Source of the DNA: Promethearchaeota archaeon
GTDB lineage: Archaea; Asgardarchaeota; Lokiarchaeia; Sigyniarchaeales; SOKP01
Direction of reading: 5' to 3'
Assembly (NCBI GenBank): GCA_029838195.1
Contig: JALGVJ010000001.1
Coordinates: forward strand, 32,001-96,000
DNA: 64,000 nt
The notes below the pieces were generated by a model. The model did not search any database. It had not been told where the DNA came from and saw only the letters and a program-made list of their open reading frames with translations. The position numbers were made by a program, and so were the translations under genes. Below, one piece after another: positions 39,723-50,843 of this stretch; position 1 is the first letter of the stretch, and each line of letters starts with the position of its first letter.

Positions 39723-40961
39723 TCAATTCAAACTTTTTACAAATATTATTGTGAGAATGAGCGTAATGGAAATTAAAACGCCGATAAAATAAAACGGAAG
39801 AAATAAATTTAACGTTCCTAAAAATGACAATACAATGGGTCCTATAGCCCCGCAAAAAAATCCTAATGAATTATTCAATCCAAACCCAGAACCCTTTAAA
39901 TTTGGATTCACGTGTTCAATCTTTTTGAGAAGATTCGTATTTCCCGCTGTTTCAAACATCCCTAAGCCGAGCGATGAAAATAATCCCGCAATTATAAATA
40001 GTAAAAAACTTAAAGTGAAAGAAACAACGATGAACAACAAACCAAAAGAAATGATTATAGCCTGACCAAGAATCATTATCTTTCTTGGGCCTAAAATGTC
40101 CACCAAGCGCCCCGTTACAATGACAAAAGAGATATAAATTAAAATCAAAACTAATAAGAGATAACTCGTCTCTATTTCATTCAACCCAAATTGGATTTGC
40201 ATGAGCCAAATTAAATACGCCACGATGCTTGAAAAAGTAAACCAACGAATGCAATTAATTAAGACAGCCATTTTGTATTGAAAATCTCTGATCAAATGCT
40301 TGAGTTCATTAGTATTCACGTGTAAGATGGAAGTTTCCTCTCCCCAAGCATTATTATTATTATTTTGAGTTGCAGTTTTTCCATGTTTTTCCTTTAAAAA
40401 AATTAAAATCAACAACCCTGAGATTGTCGCTAAGCATCCCGAAATGAGGAAAATATATCTGAAACCCAAATAATATGCGATGTAACCGCCGATCATCACG
40501 CCTCCGAAATAGCCCAGCGTAAAAGATATGGAAAAATAAGACATTCCCTTTCCTTTTTCTTCTTTCTCGTACAAATCAGCAACGATTGCCATTAGGATGG
40601 AAGTATATGCGCCTGCGCCTTGAATGGCACGAAATATGATGAATTGCAAGATGGATTGACTAAAATAGCAGAGAAACGTGCCCAAAGTGTATATAAAAAT
40701 TCCCATTAATACGATCTTTTTTTTTCCATATTTATCAGATAGTGCCGCCATGGGAAATTGAAATACACTCTGAGTTACGGAAAAGATCCCTATGACTAAT
40801 CCGTAAGAGATGAGAGTACCTGAAAGACTGATGATAAATCGAGGCAACCCTATTTCAATAACAGAAAGTCCAATGGAGCGAAAAAAATTTGAAAATAAAA
40901 TTACAAAAACCGTAATGCGTGCGAAAGCAGTATCTTTTCGTGCTTTTGACCCTCTTTCCAT
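39723..40961 (-). CDS. MFS transporter
   Basis: LSDKYGKK, RAIQGAGA, GRLVD.LG.R. Confidence 0.9.
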   Translation of the reverse strand: MERGSKARKDTAFARITVFVILFSNFFRSIGLSVIEIGLPRFIISLSGTLISYGLVIGIFSVTQSVFQFPMAALSDKYGKKKIVLMGIFIYTLGTFLCYFSQSILQFIIFRAIQGAGAYTSILMAIVADLYEKEEKGKGMSYFSISFTLGYFGGVMIGGYIAYYLGFRYIFLISGCLATISGLLILIFLKEKHGKTATQNNNNNAWGEETSILHVNTNELKHLIRDFQYKMAVLINCIRWFTFSSIVAYLIWLMQIQFGLNEIETSYLLLVLILIYISFVIVTGRLVDILGPRKIMILGQAIIISFGLLFIVVSFTLSFLLFIIAGLFSSLGLGMFETAGNTNLLKKIEHVNPNLKGSGFGLNNSLGFFCGAIGPIVLSFLGTLNLFLPFYFIGVLISITLILTIIFVKSLN

Positions 40962-41144
40962 TATTTTGGAAATTAAAGATTAAATTTAAATTTAATTTCT
41001 CGAATGAAGAGACCACTAATGTGGTTCCCCGCATTTGTAGTTTAGAAATTAAAGGATATATTTAATTAATAATTTTTTTTTAATATCGAAAGCAAATTAG
41101 AGAGAGGGTAATAGGTAAGAAAAAATATTTGGTATTCCTTTTTT

Positions 41145-42362
41145 TTAATCTTTCAATTTCAATGTAAAAATCATTGCCGGAATCATCATGATCATTATAA
41201 AATAATAAGGCAAGTAAATATCTATTTCCCCTAAAGCGCTCAAAATAATGGGGCCTAAAGCACTACAAAGAAATCCGATTGCATTTGCGAATCCTAATCC
41301 AGCTCCTTTCAAATCGGGGTTTTCTTCACTAATTTTTTGTAAAACGCATGTATTGCTTGCTGTTTGAATGATTCCAAAAAATAGGGCATTAAGCAAGCTA
41401 GCAATCATGAAAATAAATAGATCTTGAGTAAGGCTTACGAGAATAAATAAAAATCCAAACAGAATAATGGCGATTTGGCTTATTAATAGCATTTTTTTAG
41501 CACCGTGTTTATCCACGAATTTTCCCGCTATTAAGAGGAAAATCGTGTAAATGAGGACATTTATTATTAAAATATAACTTGTATCGATTGAATTGATTTT
41601 AAATTCTACTTGCAATACCCAAATGAGATAAGAAACAATAGCACCAAATAATAACCATCGCACGCAATTTATAAGAACGGCGAATTGATATTGGTTATTT
41701 TTTAATAAGAATTTTATTTCTTGAATTCTATTGTTCACTTTTGGCTTAATTAAAGATTGAATCTCTTGTTGATCTTCTTTAGTATTCATTGGTTTTAAAA
41801 AAATCACTAATAAAATAGCAGTTATAATCGCTAGGAGTCCCGTGATTAAAAAGATGCTTCTAAAACCCAAATAAAAAGCTACATAACCTCCAATAGCAGT
41901 TCCAGCAAAATATCCTAACGATATAGTCAGTGAATACAAAGCCATTCCCTTTCCTTGCTCATCCCTTTTGTACATGTCCCCAACTACTGCTTGCAAGATG
42001 GAACTATAAGCGCCTGCCCCTTGAATAGCTCTATAAATCAATAATTCTAAAATACTATTAGCTATATAACATAGAAACGTGCCTGCTATGTAAATTAATA
42101 ATCCAATTAATACCATGGTTCTTCTCCCATACTTATCACTCAAGGAAGAAAAAGGGAATTGAAAAAGGGATTGCGTGATATTAAAAATACCTATGACCAA
42201 TCCGTATGAAATCAAGGTTCCTGACAAATCAAGAACAAACTGTGGGAGTCCAATTTGAATAATAGACACTCCGATATATCGGGTTAAATTTGCCGTTAAA
42301 ACAACGAATAATAACACCTTGCTTCTAACCTCAATTTCAAGATCCTTGATCTTTGTTTCCAT
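41145..42362 (-). CDS. MFS transporter (tandem paralog of 39723-40961)
   Basis: Shares LSGTLISYGLVIGIF, QFP, RAIQGAGAY, AVLINC.RW, P.LKG.G.G. Confidence 0.9.
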   Translation of the reverse strand: METKIKDLEIEVRSKVLLFVVLTANLTRYIGVSIIQIGLPQFVLDLSGTLISYGLVIGIFNITQSLFQFPFSSLSDKYGRRTMVLIGLLIYIAGTFLCYIANSILELLIYRAIQGAGAYSSILQAVVGDMYKRDEQGKGMALYSLTISLGYFAGTAIGGYVAFYLGFRSIFLITGLLAIITAILLVIFLKPMNTKEDQQEIQSLIKPKVNNRIQEIKFLLKNNQYQFAVLINCVRWLLFGAIVSYLIWVLQVEFKINSIDTSYILIINVLIYTIFLLIAGKFVDKHGAKKMLLISQIAIILFGFLFILVSLTQDLFIFMIASLLNALFFGIIQTASNTCVLQKISEENPDLKGAGLGFANAIGFLCSALGPIILSALGEIDIYLPYYFIMIMMIPAMIFTLKLKD

Positions 42363-42650
42363 GGTATTTAAAAAATAAGATTTTTCATGTAATATAATTT
42401 AATTTATCTCGAAAGGTTTAAAAAATTTTCAAATAAAGGGAAGCATGTTTATTAATTGAACTTTTTTATTCACGTGAATAATACACATTGGCGAATAATA
42501 CGCATGAGCTTCTCAAAACAATTTTATTTTCATGAAAAAAGAGATGGATTTAAATGTTTAACAATTTATCACGAATAAATAAAATGCTATACGAAAAATT
42601 AATGAATTGTTTGAAAAAATTAATATTAAGAATTACCATTTAATGATCTC

Positions 42651-43790
42651 ATGACGTTTAAACCTAAGATCTATTTCACTTCTAATGTATTTTCACCCGA
42701 GCAGATTGGCTCTAATGAAAAAATCAGCCCGGAAATTAGGAAAAAAATATCGTATTTATGGCAAGAGTTAAATGAAATTGCGGAACTCAAGGTTTTCGAT
42801 GGACGGTTTCCCACGAATGAACAATTGAAAAGCGAATTTAAAGAGTTTCGGCCAAATTTCATAGGTTGTCATTTAAGTCATCCGATCACGTTAGAAATGA
42901 TTAAAAATTTGGAACTTTACGCCATTTGCACTTCTACGGCAGGGTTTAACCATATAGAACGATCGAAGATAGATGATATTCTCCTTACCCATACGCCAGG
43001 AGTGTTACACAAAACGGTGGCAGATTACACCATAGCGGTGATCATGGCGAACTTAAGAAATTTAATAGATCTTCATCAATATGTATGGGATGGCCACTGG
43101 ACTCCTAGAGATAAATGGGATTTGGACCAAAGTTTATGCTCCACCATTGATAAAAAGATTGTAGGAATTGTAGGGTTAGGTGAGATTGGAAAGGAATTAG
43201 TAAAGAGATTATATCCTTGGGGCTTACGCATTCTTTATTATGATATTCAACAGCAGAAAGATTTTGAAAGAGAGTTTCCAAATATCGAGTTTAAAGAAAA
43301 TTTGGAAGATATCTTTAAACAAGCAGATATCGTGAGCATTCATGTTCCCTTGAACAAGCATACGGAGAAAATGGTGAACCGAAACCTTCTAATGCTCATG
43401 AAAAAGGATGCCCTTTTAGTAAATACTGCTCGAGGACCGATTGTTGATATGGAAGCGTTGTTAGATTTATTAGAAAAAAAAGAAATACAAGTAAATATCT
43501 CATTTGATGTTTTTCCAATTGAACCGATTGATGAAAATACCTTAATACGGCTGAAAAACATAAAAAAAGAGCGTCCAGAAATTCGAATGGTATTAATTCC
43601 TCATAATGCCTCAGCGGATGCCGACACAAGAGGAAAAATGGACGTTATTTTCTTAGAAGATTTAATCAATCTGGCAAGATCAAAAAAATTGGAAGATTTA
43701 GAACGAGTTCATCTCATTCCGCAACATCGAAGAGAGCTTAAAGAAAGAAAATGGAAAATAGAAGAATATTGGAAAAAATGCTCTCAATAA
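42651..43790 (+). CDS. D-2-hydroxyacid dehydrogenase (glyoxylate reductase-like)
   Basis: GIVGLGEIG, HVPL, NTARG, DVF..EP, PHNASA. Confidence 0.9.
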   Translation: MTFKPKIYFTSNVFSPEQIGSNEKISPEIRKKISYLWQELNEIAELKVFDGRFPTNEQLKSEFKEFRPNFIGCHLSHPITLEMIKNLELYAICTSTAGFNHIERSKIDDILLTHTPGVLHKTVADYTIAVIMANLRNLIDLHQYVWDGHWTPRDKWDLDQSLCSTIDKKIVGIVGLGEIGKELVKRLYPWGLRILYYDIQQQKDFEREFPNIEFKENLEDIFKQADIVSIHVPLNKHTEKMVNRNLLMLMKKDALLVNTARGPIVDMEALLDLLEKKEIQVNISFDVFPIEPIDENTLIRLKNIKKERPEIRMVLIPHNASADADTRGKMDVIFLEDLINLARSKKLEDLERVHLIPQHRRELKERKWKIEEYWKKCSQ

Positions 43791-43994
43791 ATAAGATTGA
43801 TCTTGCTAAGATTTTATTAATGATTATTAATCTCTTTATAATAACGAATTAAAGAACTTATTGGTATTCCTACAATGAAAATTTAAAAAAAAAAGTCAAG
43901 TATAATTTTTATTTAAATTGGATATTAATCAAAAGCCTAATTCTCCTTTTTATTATATAAAAATTCATTGCCAATAACTAAGTGTTAGAAAAAG

Positions 43995-44855
43995 CTATGT
44001 CCCATTTAACATGTTTTTAGGTAAAAGCGTGATTTGCTTACATTCTGAGCTAATGAAATGATTAAATAAATGCTCATATCCTAAAATTTGTTTATTGGTG
44101 CCGTTTTCAAGCCAGATTCCCGAGGTATATTCGGGGGCTTCTCTTACTTGATCCAAGGTGGTAAGTAAGAAATCATTATCCGTTATTAACAATCCGAATG
44201 GGATCACATTCACGCCCGCAATTGAATGAATAGAAATGTTTAATTTTAATAACTTTTTTATTTCTTCTTTCAAGGAATTCCTGTATTTTAATGCGATAAT
44301 GATTTGCAAATTATTATTGGAAAATTTTTTGTTCCATAAGTCCTTTAAAATCCAACTATTTCCCTCCACTTCCTCCATTAATAAATCAGGAGTAATGATA
44401 AAGTAGATTCTCTTCTTCGATTTTTTAATGAGTTCTCTCATTTTTTTTCTGATTTTCTCTTTCGAGGAAATACTCCATACTCTCGGCTCTTCTTTCTCAT
44501 TTTCAACGCTCAATTCTTTAATTGAACGTTCGATTTGGATGGTATATTCTATCTTCTGTTTATATTTTTCCCGAAGACTTTTAAAAATGCGCTCAATTGG
44601 GATAATTTTATAAGTGGCACCTCTTTTTACGGGCTCTTTTTGGATATAACCCTTATCCATTAAACGGTTTAAAGAATCATAAACGCGAGCCCGATCCACA
44701 TCAGAATATTTTGCAATATCTGCTGGGCTTAAAATTTTATACTTGCATAACGTTAACAGAACTTTAGCATCGTTCTTGGTAAATCCCAATTTCTTCAAAA
44801 AATGCTCAATTTCCTCCTCAGATAAAATAGTTTCTTGAACCAATGCTAAAAACAC
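43995..44855 (-). CDS. TrmB-family transcriptional regulator
   Basis: LGFT..DAKV..L......DIA..S.V.RARVYD.L..L..KG wHTH followed by an effector-binding domain. Confidence 0.88.
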   Translation of the reverse strand: MFLALVQETILSEEEIEHFLKKLGFTKNDAKVLLTLCKYKILSPADIAKYSDVDRARVYDSLNRLMDKGYIQKEPVKRGATYKIIPIERIFKSLREKYKQKIEYTIQIERSIKELSVENEKEEPRVWSISSKEKIRKKMRELIKKSKKRIYFIITPDLLMEEVEGNSWILKDLWNKKFSNNNLQIIIALKYRNSLKEEIKKLLKLNISIHSIAGVNVIPFGLLITDNDFLLTTLDQVREAPEYTSGIWLENGTNKQILGYEHLFNHFISSECKQITLLPKNMLNGT

Positions 44856-45987
44856 TCGATAATTAATTTATTTCATTTAAACTTTAAACCCAAACTTTTC
44901 CTTTTTATTCAAAATTGATCTTTTCCTGTTGTTCTATTAAAAGAGATTAAAATAAATGTTATTTTATAATTGTAATGAAGGATATTCTTAAAAAATCCAT
45001 ATAACTTTTCTTATTTAAATAAAAGATTTTTTAACAATAAATTTTTTGTTCATGAAAAATAAATAAAAAGTTCGAAATTCAACATTGAATTTATCTGCTC
45101 TCTCTCAAAATTATGTGAAAGATTTCCAACGGGCCAATTGATGAAAACATGAAAAAATTGGAGATATTTAATGTTTTCTCTGTATTTTACTCATAAACGC
45201 GTGCTCATGGAAGGAAGATGAAGATTCTATCACTTTCTTCTTTTTATAAACTTGGAATTAAGAGGAAATCAAAACTTATTTTTATTTCTCGAATTTGAAC
45301 CTCATGATAGAAAAAATAGGAATATCCTCAATGAATATTTATCTGATATATTAAAACGTTAAAACAACCACCTTTTTATTTTTTTTAAATTTAAAATATT
45401 GAGAATTTTTCAATTTAGAAGAAAAGAAACCACAAATATGATCATTATGAAATTAAAGATTTATTACATTTTCCCATGAAAAATACATCAGTTTCAATTC
45501 AGATTAAAAAAGATTAAAAAAAAACAAATTTAAAAGAATGAAAAACGATATTTTAATGATTGGAAAAAATACTTTTCAACATGTAAAATTTCGTATTACT
45601 CTTGAGAATATATTTTGACTCTTTAAAAAAAAATTAAAATTTTTTTTTTTCATGAAAAACATGCTGAAATATAAAATAACTAAAATAAATTGTTTTTTCA
45701 TGCTAAAAACTCATCTATATTTATTAGAACATTTATATAGAGTTAAATTATAATTCGATTATATTCTCAGTCTTGATGAAATAAAATATATTTTTTTATT
45801 TTGTCGGAAAAATTAAGATCCAATTATTATAACGATCTGAATATCGAAAGTTCCGATTTCTCATGTAAGATTGATATGGAAATGAAATCGAAACATAACA
45901 TTTAAATAAGAGTAATGTCCATTATTATATAAAAGTAATTGAATTAAAAATAATTTTTAAATTACAAAATTAGTGGAGGAATAAAAA

Positions 45988-46236
45988 ATGGCAAAAAAAA
46001 AACCAGCTAAAAAAGCGCCGGCTAAAAAAGCCGAAACCTATATTGCTAAAGCCCCTATTCGGCGATTAATGAAAAAAGAAGGTGCGGATTTAGTAGCTGC
46101 AGAAGCACTTGATAAATTAATTAACTTTTTAGAATCAAAAGCAGCTGACGTCACGAAAGAAGCAATAAAAATCTGTAAAGCAGATAAGCGAAAAAGGGTC
46201 ACGGCTACTGATATTCGAAAGGCTGCTCAAGCATGA
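45988..46236 (+). CDS. Archaeal histone with N-terminal Lys-rich tail
   Basis: Fold: IAKAPIRRLMK.EGA..VA.EA...L...LE..A......A.......RK.V...DI; tail MAKKKPAKKAPAKKAETY; SD GGAGGA. Confidence 0.93.
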   Translation: MAKKKPAKKAPAKKAETYIAKAPIRRLMKKEGADLVAAEALDKLINFLESKAADVTKEAIKICKADKRKRVTATDIRKAAQA

Positions 46237-46391
46237 ACATTAGGAAGTAATAATTAATTCTCTTTTTTTTCTGATTTCTATTCTCCTTGTTTTTCGAGAT
46301 TTTTGAATTTCTTCTTAAAGTAATATATTTTCTTCTTTTTAAGTGCATGATTTTTAGTAAAAAAAAGTTTGAAGCCAGAATAACCCGGATA

Positions 46392-46925
46392 TTAAAAATT
46401 AGTGAAGAATTCGGGTGTTAAATAGTCATGTATTTTACTTTCTACTTTTTTCTTAACATTTTCTAATCCTTCAGGTACAACCCTAGCTTTTCCAATAATA
46501 TCAATATACCCTAATTCACTTTTATAGCGAGGCACGAAATGAAAATGTAGATGATCAATACTAGCGCCGGCACATTTTCCTTGGTTCATGCCAAGATTAT
46601 ACCCTTGAGGGCTGTACAAATCATTCAATAATAATTGTAATCCTTGTACTGCCCGAAAGCAATGATGTATTTCTTCTCTTGTAAGATCAAGAAATTTAGT
46701 AACATGGCGCGCGGGAATTACCATCATGTGGGCAGGATTATAGGGATAGAGGTTTAATACAATAAAAATTAGCTTATCTTGGTATACCTTTAAGGATTTT
46801 ACTCGGTCATCATCATCTCTTATAGCGCATAAGATACAGGCCACCTTTGGTCGTGCTTTTCCTTGGACATATTCCAGCTTACCTATTGCTCGCAACCACT
46901 TTTGAAACATGAGACGGTAAGGCAT
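46392..46925 (-). CDS. HIT-family nucleotide hydrolase (Ap4A hydrolase/phosphorylase-like)
   Basis: CILC, LNLYPYNP.H, N.G..AGASIDHLHFHFVPR. Confidence 0.92.
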   Translation of the reverse strand: MPYRLMFQKWLRAIGKLEYVQGKARPKVACILCAIRDDDDRVKSLKVYQDKLIFIVLNLYPYNPAHMMVIPARHVTKFLDLTREEIHHCFRAVQGLQLLLNDLYSPQGYNLGMNQGKCAGASIDHLHFHFVPRYKSELGYIDIIGKARVVPEGLENVKKKVESKIHDYLTPEFFTNF

Positions 46926-46940
46926 TAATGTTAATTTAAG

Positions 46941-47486
46941 TTAAATATATAAGGAATAATCTAAACTGGAAGAAAAACCTTTAGCTTTTTTAATCTCTTG
47001 CTGATTTTCAGAGCTTAAAAACATCTCGGTAAACAAGACATTACTGAAAATATAACAATTATAGATTTTTTTAATACATTTATGAAGCTTAATTTTTAAT
47101 GTATTTAGATCGCTTGCGTGCCAATACAATTTTTCGTTGATTTCATACCTCATCTCTTTAGGGGAAATGGCATAAAAGACATCTTTTAAAAGAAAATATT
47201 TTCGTAATTCCAAAAAATACAACATTTTTGCTTCCTCGCTAATCGAGTTAAGAAAGATAACATGTTCCTTAGAAAATTGAACAGCAAAACTCATGATGAG
47301 ATAATCTTTTCCTGTAGGCTTATAAATTACAAAAGTTTTTTCTTTGATACGGTCTTCCGTGTTTATTTTGGGCGGATATTTGAAATTAATTATAAAATCT
47401 AATTCGGGTTCTTTTTTAATCTCATGGTTCAAGTTTTCTTCGTTTAGAAACCTAATAATACATTCTTTAATATCAATATTTTCCAA
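46941..47486 (-). CDS. DUF2299-like archaeal protein
   Basis: I...L.EE, ..YP, ..P..KD, S.EH...L pattern and C-terminal SLY. Confidence 0.55.
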   Translation of the reverse strand: MENIDIKECIIRFLNEENLNHEIKKEPELDFIINFKYPPKINTEDRIKEKTFVIYKPTGKDYLIMSFAVQFSKEHVIFLNSISEEAKMLYFLELRKYFLLKDVFYAISPKEMRYEINEKLYWHASDLNTLKIKLHKCIKKIYNCYIFSNVLFTEMFLSSENQQEIKKAKGFSSSLDYSLYI

Positions 47487-47788
47487 TCAATACCACTTGC
47501 CTTTATTATTATTAAATTCACTATAGACCCTTTCCGATCAAAAAAGAAAGAATGCTATTAAATGCTTGGTTTACCTTGGTATTCAATTTTGTCCTTTTTC
47601 CCATTAAACTAACTTCATCCAGATATAGCATTAAAATTAAGAAAAAAATGAGGATTATTTAGGGAAAATTTTTCATTGGGGTAAATGGTCTTATCTCGCT
47701 TCGGAATTCATGTATTAATATTAAATTTCTCCGTATTCCTTTATTGAAACGCCGAGATAATTAAAATAAGAAGGGAAATCCTTATTTA

Positions 47789-48061
47789 TTATTGTTCCCC
47801 GTGGGCCTCATTATCAATAATTACCTCATCGACACTATGAAGCGCACAATTATTCTCCTCTAATGTTTTTTTAATTTCATCAAGAGATATATCCCCTGTG
47901 CCTTTAATCGTAATATAGACGGAAGTGGTAACATTATCAATCTCATCGACTTTTATATGAACATACTTGACGCCGTTAAGTTTTTCTAAAGTTCGTGCAA
48001 GTAAATCATTATTTGGGTCATGAGGTTTGAGAACATCCAAAGCGTAAGTAATTCTTGTCAT
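47789..48061 (-). CDS. DUF211 family protein
   Basis: LDVLKPH.P, V.I.V.EID..T, HSVDEV. Confidence 0.88.
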   Translation of the reverse strand: MTRITYALDVLKPHDPNNDLLARTLEKLNGVKYVHIKVDEIDNVTTSVYITIKGTGDISLDEIKKTLEENNCALHSVDEVIIDNEAHGEQ

Positions 48062-48192
48062 CCTTTTTATACTATCTCCTCAATTTTCAATTTTTTTGGA
48101 TTTAATTTCTCATTATTTTATATTTTTCGTCATGCTGTAATAATGATACTATTATTTTTAGTATTTTTCTATATAAATTTTTTTCGTCAATA

Positions 48193-48885
48193 TTAAAGTA
48201 GGGATTTTATAGCTTCTATTAATTTTGAAGGGAGCTTCGTTTCTTGAATTATGAAATCAGCTTTATCTATCATGTCTTTGCTCCAATTTTTAGAAATCTT
48301 GGTGAGAATGAGGATGGAATGAGCACCCAATTCTAATGCTCCTTGAATATCTCGATCGGAATCTCCAATTACCACGACTTCTTGAGGAGAAACCCCAAGT
48401 CTTTCACAAATTAGGTTTAGATGATCGGGATGGGGTTTAGGATTATTAACATTATCGCGACCAATTATTAAATCAAAAAAATCAATAATATTGGCTATTT
48501 GTAAAGATAGTTCCGCATTTTTTTGCGTATTATACGTATAAATTGCTTGCCTTAAATGATGGGCTTTAGCAAATTTCAAAACTTCTTGCATTCCATCAAT
48601 GACTTTTGCTTGAAGCGCAGCTTCACGTTCTACCTCTTGAACGGCCTCATCTACTTCTTTAAGAATTTTAGAAACTTCTTCGGGCTCTCTTTTAGTTTTT
48701 TCAAAAAAGAGTCTTGCCTCCCTAATATTATCTAAGATACTGAATTTCACTGTAAGAATCTCTCGTGGAACACCACTTTTTTTCAAGAGTTCAATTGCAT
48801 TACGTCGAGCCCGTAAAAAATCGATTTTAAAATGGATTAATGTACCGTCAAGATCCCATACGATAGCTTTTATCGGTTTTTTCAT
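48193..48885 (-). CDS. HAD-superfamily phosphatase
   Basis: WDLDGTL, KPHP, IGDS..DI..A. Confidence 0.9.
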   Translation of the reverse strand: MKKPIKAIVWDLDGTLIHFKIDFLRARRNAIELLKKSGVPREILTVKFSILDNIREARLFFEKTKREPEEVSKILKEVDEAVQEVEREAALQAKVIDGMQEVLKFAKAHHLRQAIYTYNTQKNAELSLQIANIIDFFDLIIGRDNVNNPKPHPDHLNLICERLGVSPQEVVVIGDSDRDIQGALELGAHSILILTKISKNWSKDMIDKADFIIQETKLPSKLIEAIKSLL

Positions 48886-48886
48886 T

Positions 48887-49459
48887 TTAAAATACCAATG
48901 TACTATAAATTGGCCCTTTTGGTGTTAGAACTGACTTCTTTAATTTTATTGTATCTACGTGGAAGTGTCCAAATTCCTTTTCCTTGTTTTCAGAAATAAT
49001 CATCTTAAATTTTTCAAATGTTCCATGGTTTACTTTCTTTCTATTTAACCGTCCAATTGTTAAATGAGGATTAAATTCGCCTCTTTTATCTTTTTCAAGA
49101 TTAAATTTTCTTTTTAATAAATCCTCAACACGAGTTTTTATTGATTGTAAAAAGGAAATATCTCCGATGAGTTTAACCCAAATAACAGAATAATTTCTAA
49201 ATTGTCCCGTACCTTTGAGATAATATTCACGCGTTATTCCTTGAAAGATTTTTTCATTTATTTCTTCCTTTAATACGTTATATATCTTGGGGGCTAAGGA
49301 ATCTGGTATGTTTCCTAAAAATTTAATAGTCATGTGTAAATTTTCTGGTTCCACTAATTTGATACCTGGTTGAATATTCTTTAAAATTTTACCAAACTCC
49401 TGGATATTCTTTCTTGTTTCTTCTTCCTCCAAATCAATGGCTATAAAGGATCGAATCAT
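48887..49459 (-). CDS. thpR: RNA 2',3'-cyclic phosphodiesterase
   Basis: RSFIAI, two HxT motifs (HMTIKFLG, PHLTIGR), S.LTP.GPIY. Confidence 0.93.
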   Translation of the reverse strand: MIRSFIAIDLEEEETRKNIQEFGKILKNIQPGIKLVEPENLHMTIKFLGNIPDSLAPKIYNVLKEEINEKIFQGITREYYLKGTGQFRNYSVIWVKLIGDISFLQSIKTRVEDLLKRKFNLEKDKRGEFNPHLTIGRLNRKKVNHGTFEKFKMIISENKEKEFGHFHVDTIKLKKSVLTPKGPIYSTLVF

Positions 49460-49936
49460 GGGATATACCTTTCAAGCATTCTCTTATATTTATATAAGTT
49501 CTCTAATATTTCAATTTTTTGAGTTTTTTATGGCCATGTCCCGGGCATATTCAATATTCCTTATATTTCTGGAGAAATAAGGTTATAGGGAATAAATGAC
49601 TCTTGGGAATGGTATTCTCCTTAATTTAACAATATTTCATCTTTCTCTGAGATTTTCGATAATTTTTGGAGCGAAAATGAAATGCTCATGCTTTTCTCCT
49701 TCATTGTTAAATCTCATGAAAAATTAAATTAAAATTTTATAAAATATTCATTTCTTAATCAAACGGAAAAAAAAGATTCACATTAAAAAATGGGCTTCAA
49801 TACCTCATATTTGCTCTTAAATTAATTACATGAGTAAAAATATTAGAATCTAATCAAAGAAAAATTACATAAATTTATATAGTAATTTTATTTTATATCA
49901 ATCAATCGGGCAGTCTAATTTATTTTTTTCATTCAT

Positions 49937-50842
49937 TTGGTGGGCTTAAAATTGCCAATATTAGAAAGTGATGCTAATAAAGAGGTATTAGTAATTTGCC
50001 CTAAATGTAAAAAACAAGCACGCATTCCCATTCCTCAAAATATTTTTAAGGAAGTAAATAAAACTCTCGCTACCGTTAGAATAGAAAAAAACGTTACGTG
50101 TGAACATGAGTTTATAATTTATATCGATAGAAATTTCGTGAGTAGGGGTGAAATGGCTTCAGATTACATTATCTCTCCTGTCATTTCAACGGAAAGAATT
50201 GAACTAAAAAAAGATCTGATGAGTGAATTTGATATTACAATCATCAAGGTTAATTTATATCCCTTAGCCTTATGCTATACCCTCCGTGGATTATTATTTG
50301 GAAGCCAAGTTCTTATTATAATTGAGGATGAAAATGAATTTTTACGCCAACATTATAATGCCTTCATTTCTTACATTTTCTCCAATTCATTCGATATAAG
50401 CCAAAAATTTGCCGTGGAAACCGTGAAGAATTATGAATCAAATAAAAAGAAATATAAAGAATATCTTATCATAAAAAATGTTGATATCCTTCAGGATAAG
50501 AAAAAATTCATTAAATCTCATGACTTAGGCGTTGAAAGAGGAATGGCAAATATTTTTTATGAAAATACTTCTCCCCTTGAAAGCGTTTTACTCCTCAACA
50601 ATGAAGTTCAAAAAGTTGCTTTATTAACAAATTCTCTATTAAAATTATTTAATAACGGAAATCAATTAAAAAACCTCAACATGAGCATGATTATAGATTA
50701 TTTAGAAAAAACTCATGAAACAAAAGTTAACATCAAATATTGCGAATTTTTACTTCAAATTATAAAATATCGATATCAGAAATCCATTCCCAATCTTTAT
50801 AGGGGAATGGAATTTAGTAAATTTTATAAATTAAGTAAATGA
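49937..50842 (+). CDS. Hypothetical protein with N-terminal Zn-ribbon-like module
   Basis: CPKC...IP...CEH.F..YID..F..RG. Confidence 0.6.
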   Translation: MVGLKLPILESDANKEVLVICPKCKKQARIPIPQNIFKEVNKTLATVRIEKNVTCEHEFIIYIDRNFVSRGEMASDYIISPVISTERIELKKDLMSEFDITIIKVNLYPLALCYTLRGLLFGSQVLIIIEDENEFLRQHYNAFISYIFSNSFDISQKFAVETVKNYESNKKKYKEYLIIKNVDILQDKKKFIKSHDLGVERGMANIFYENTSPLESVLLLNNEVQKVALLTNSLLKLFNNGNQLKNLNMSMIIDYLEKTHETKVNIKYCEFLLQIIKYRYQKSIPNLYRGMEFSKFYKLSK

Positions 50843-50843
50843 G

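Noticed and set aside
44856-45987. Replication origin call
   Set aside because: No recognisable ORB repeats and no cdc6/orc1 nearby; kept only as an unexplained region.
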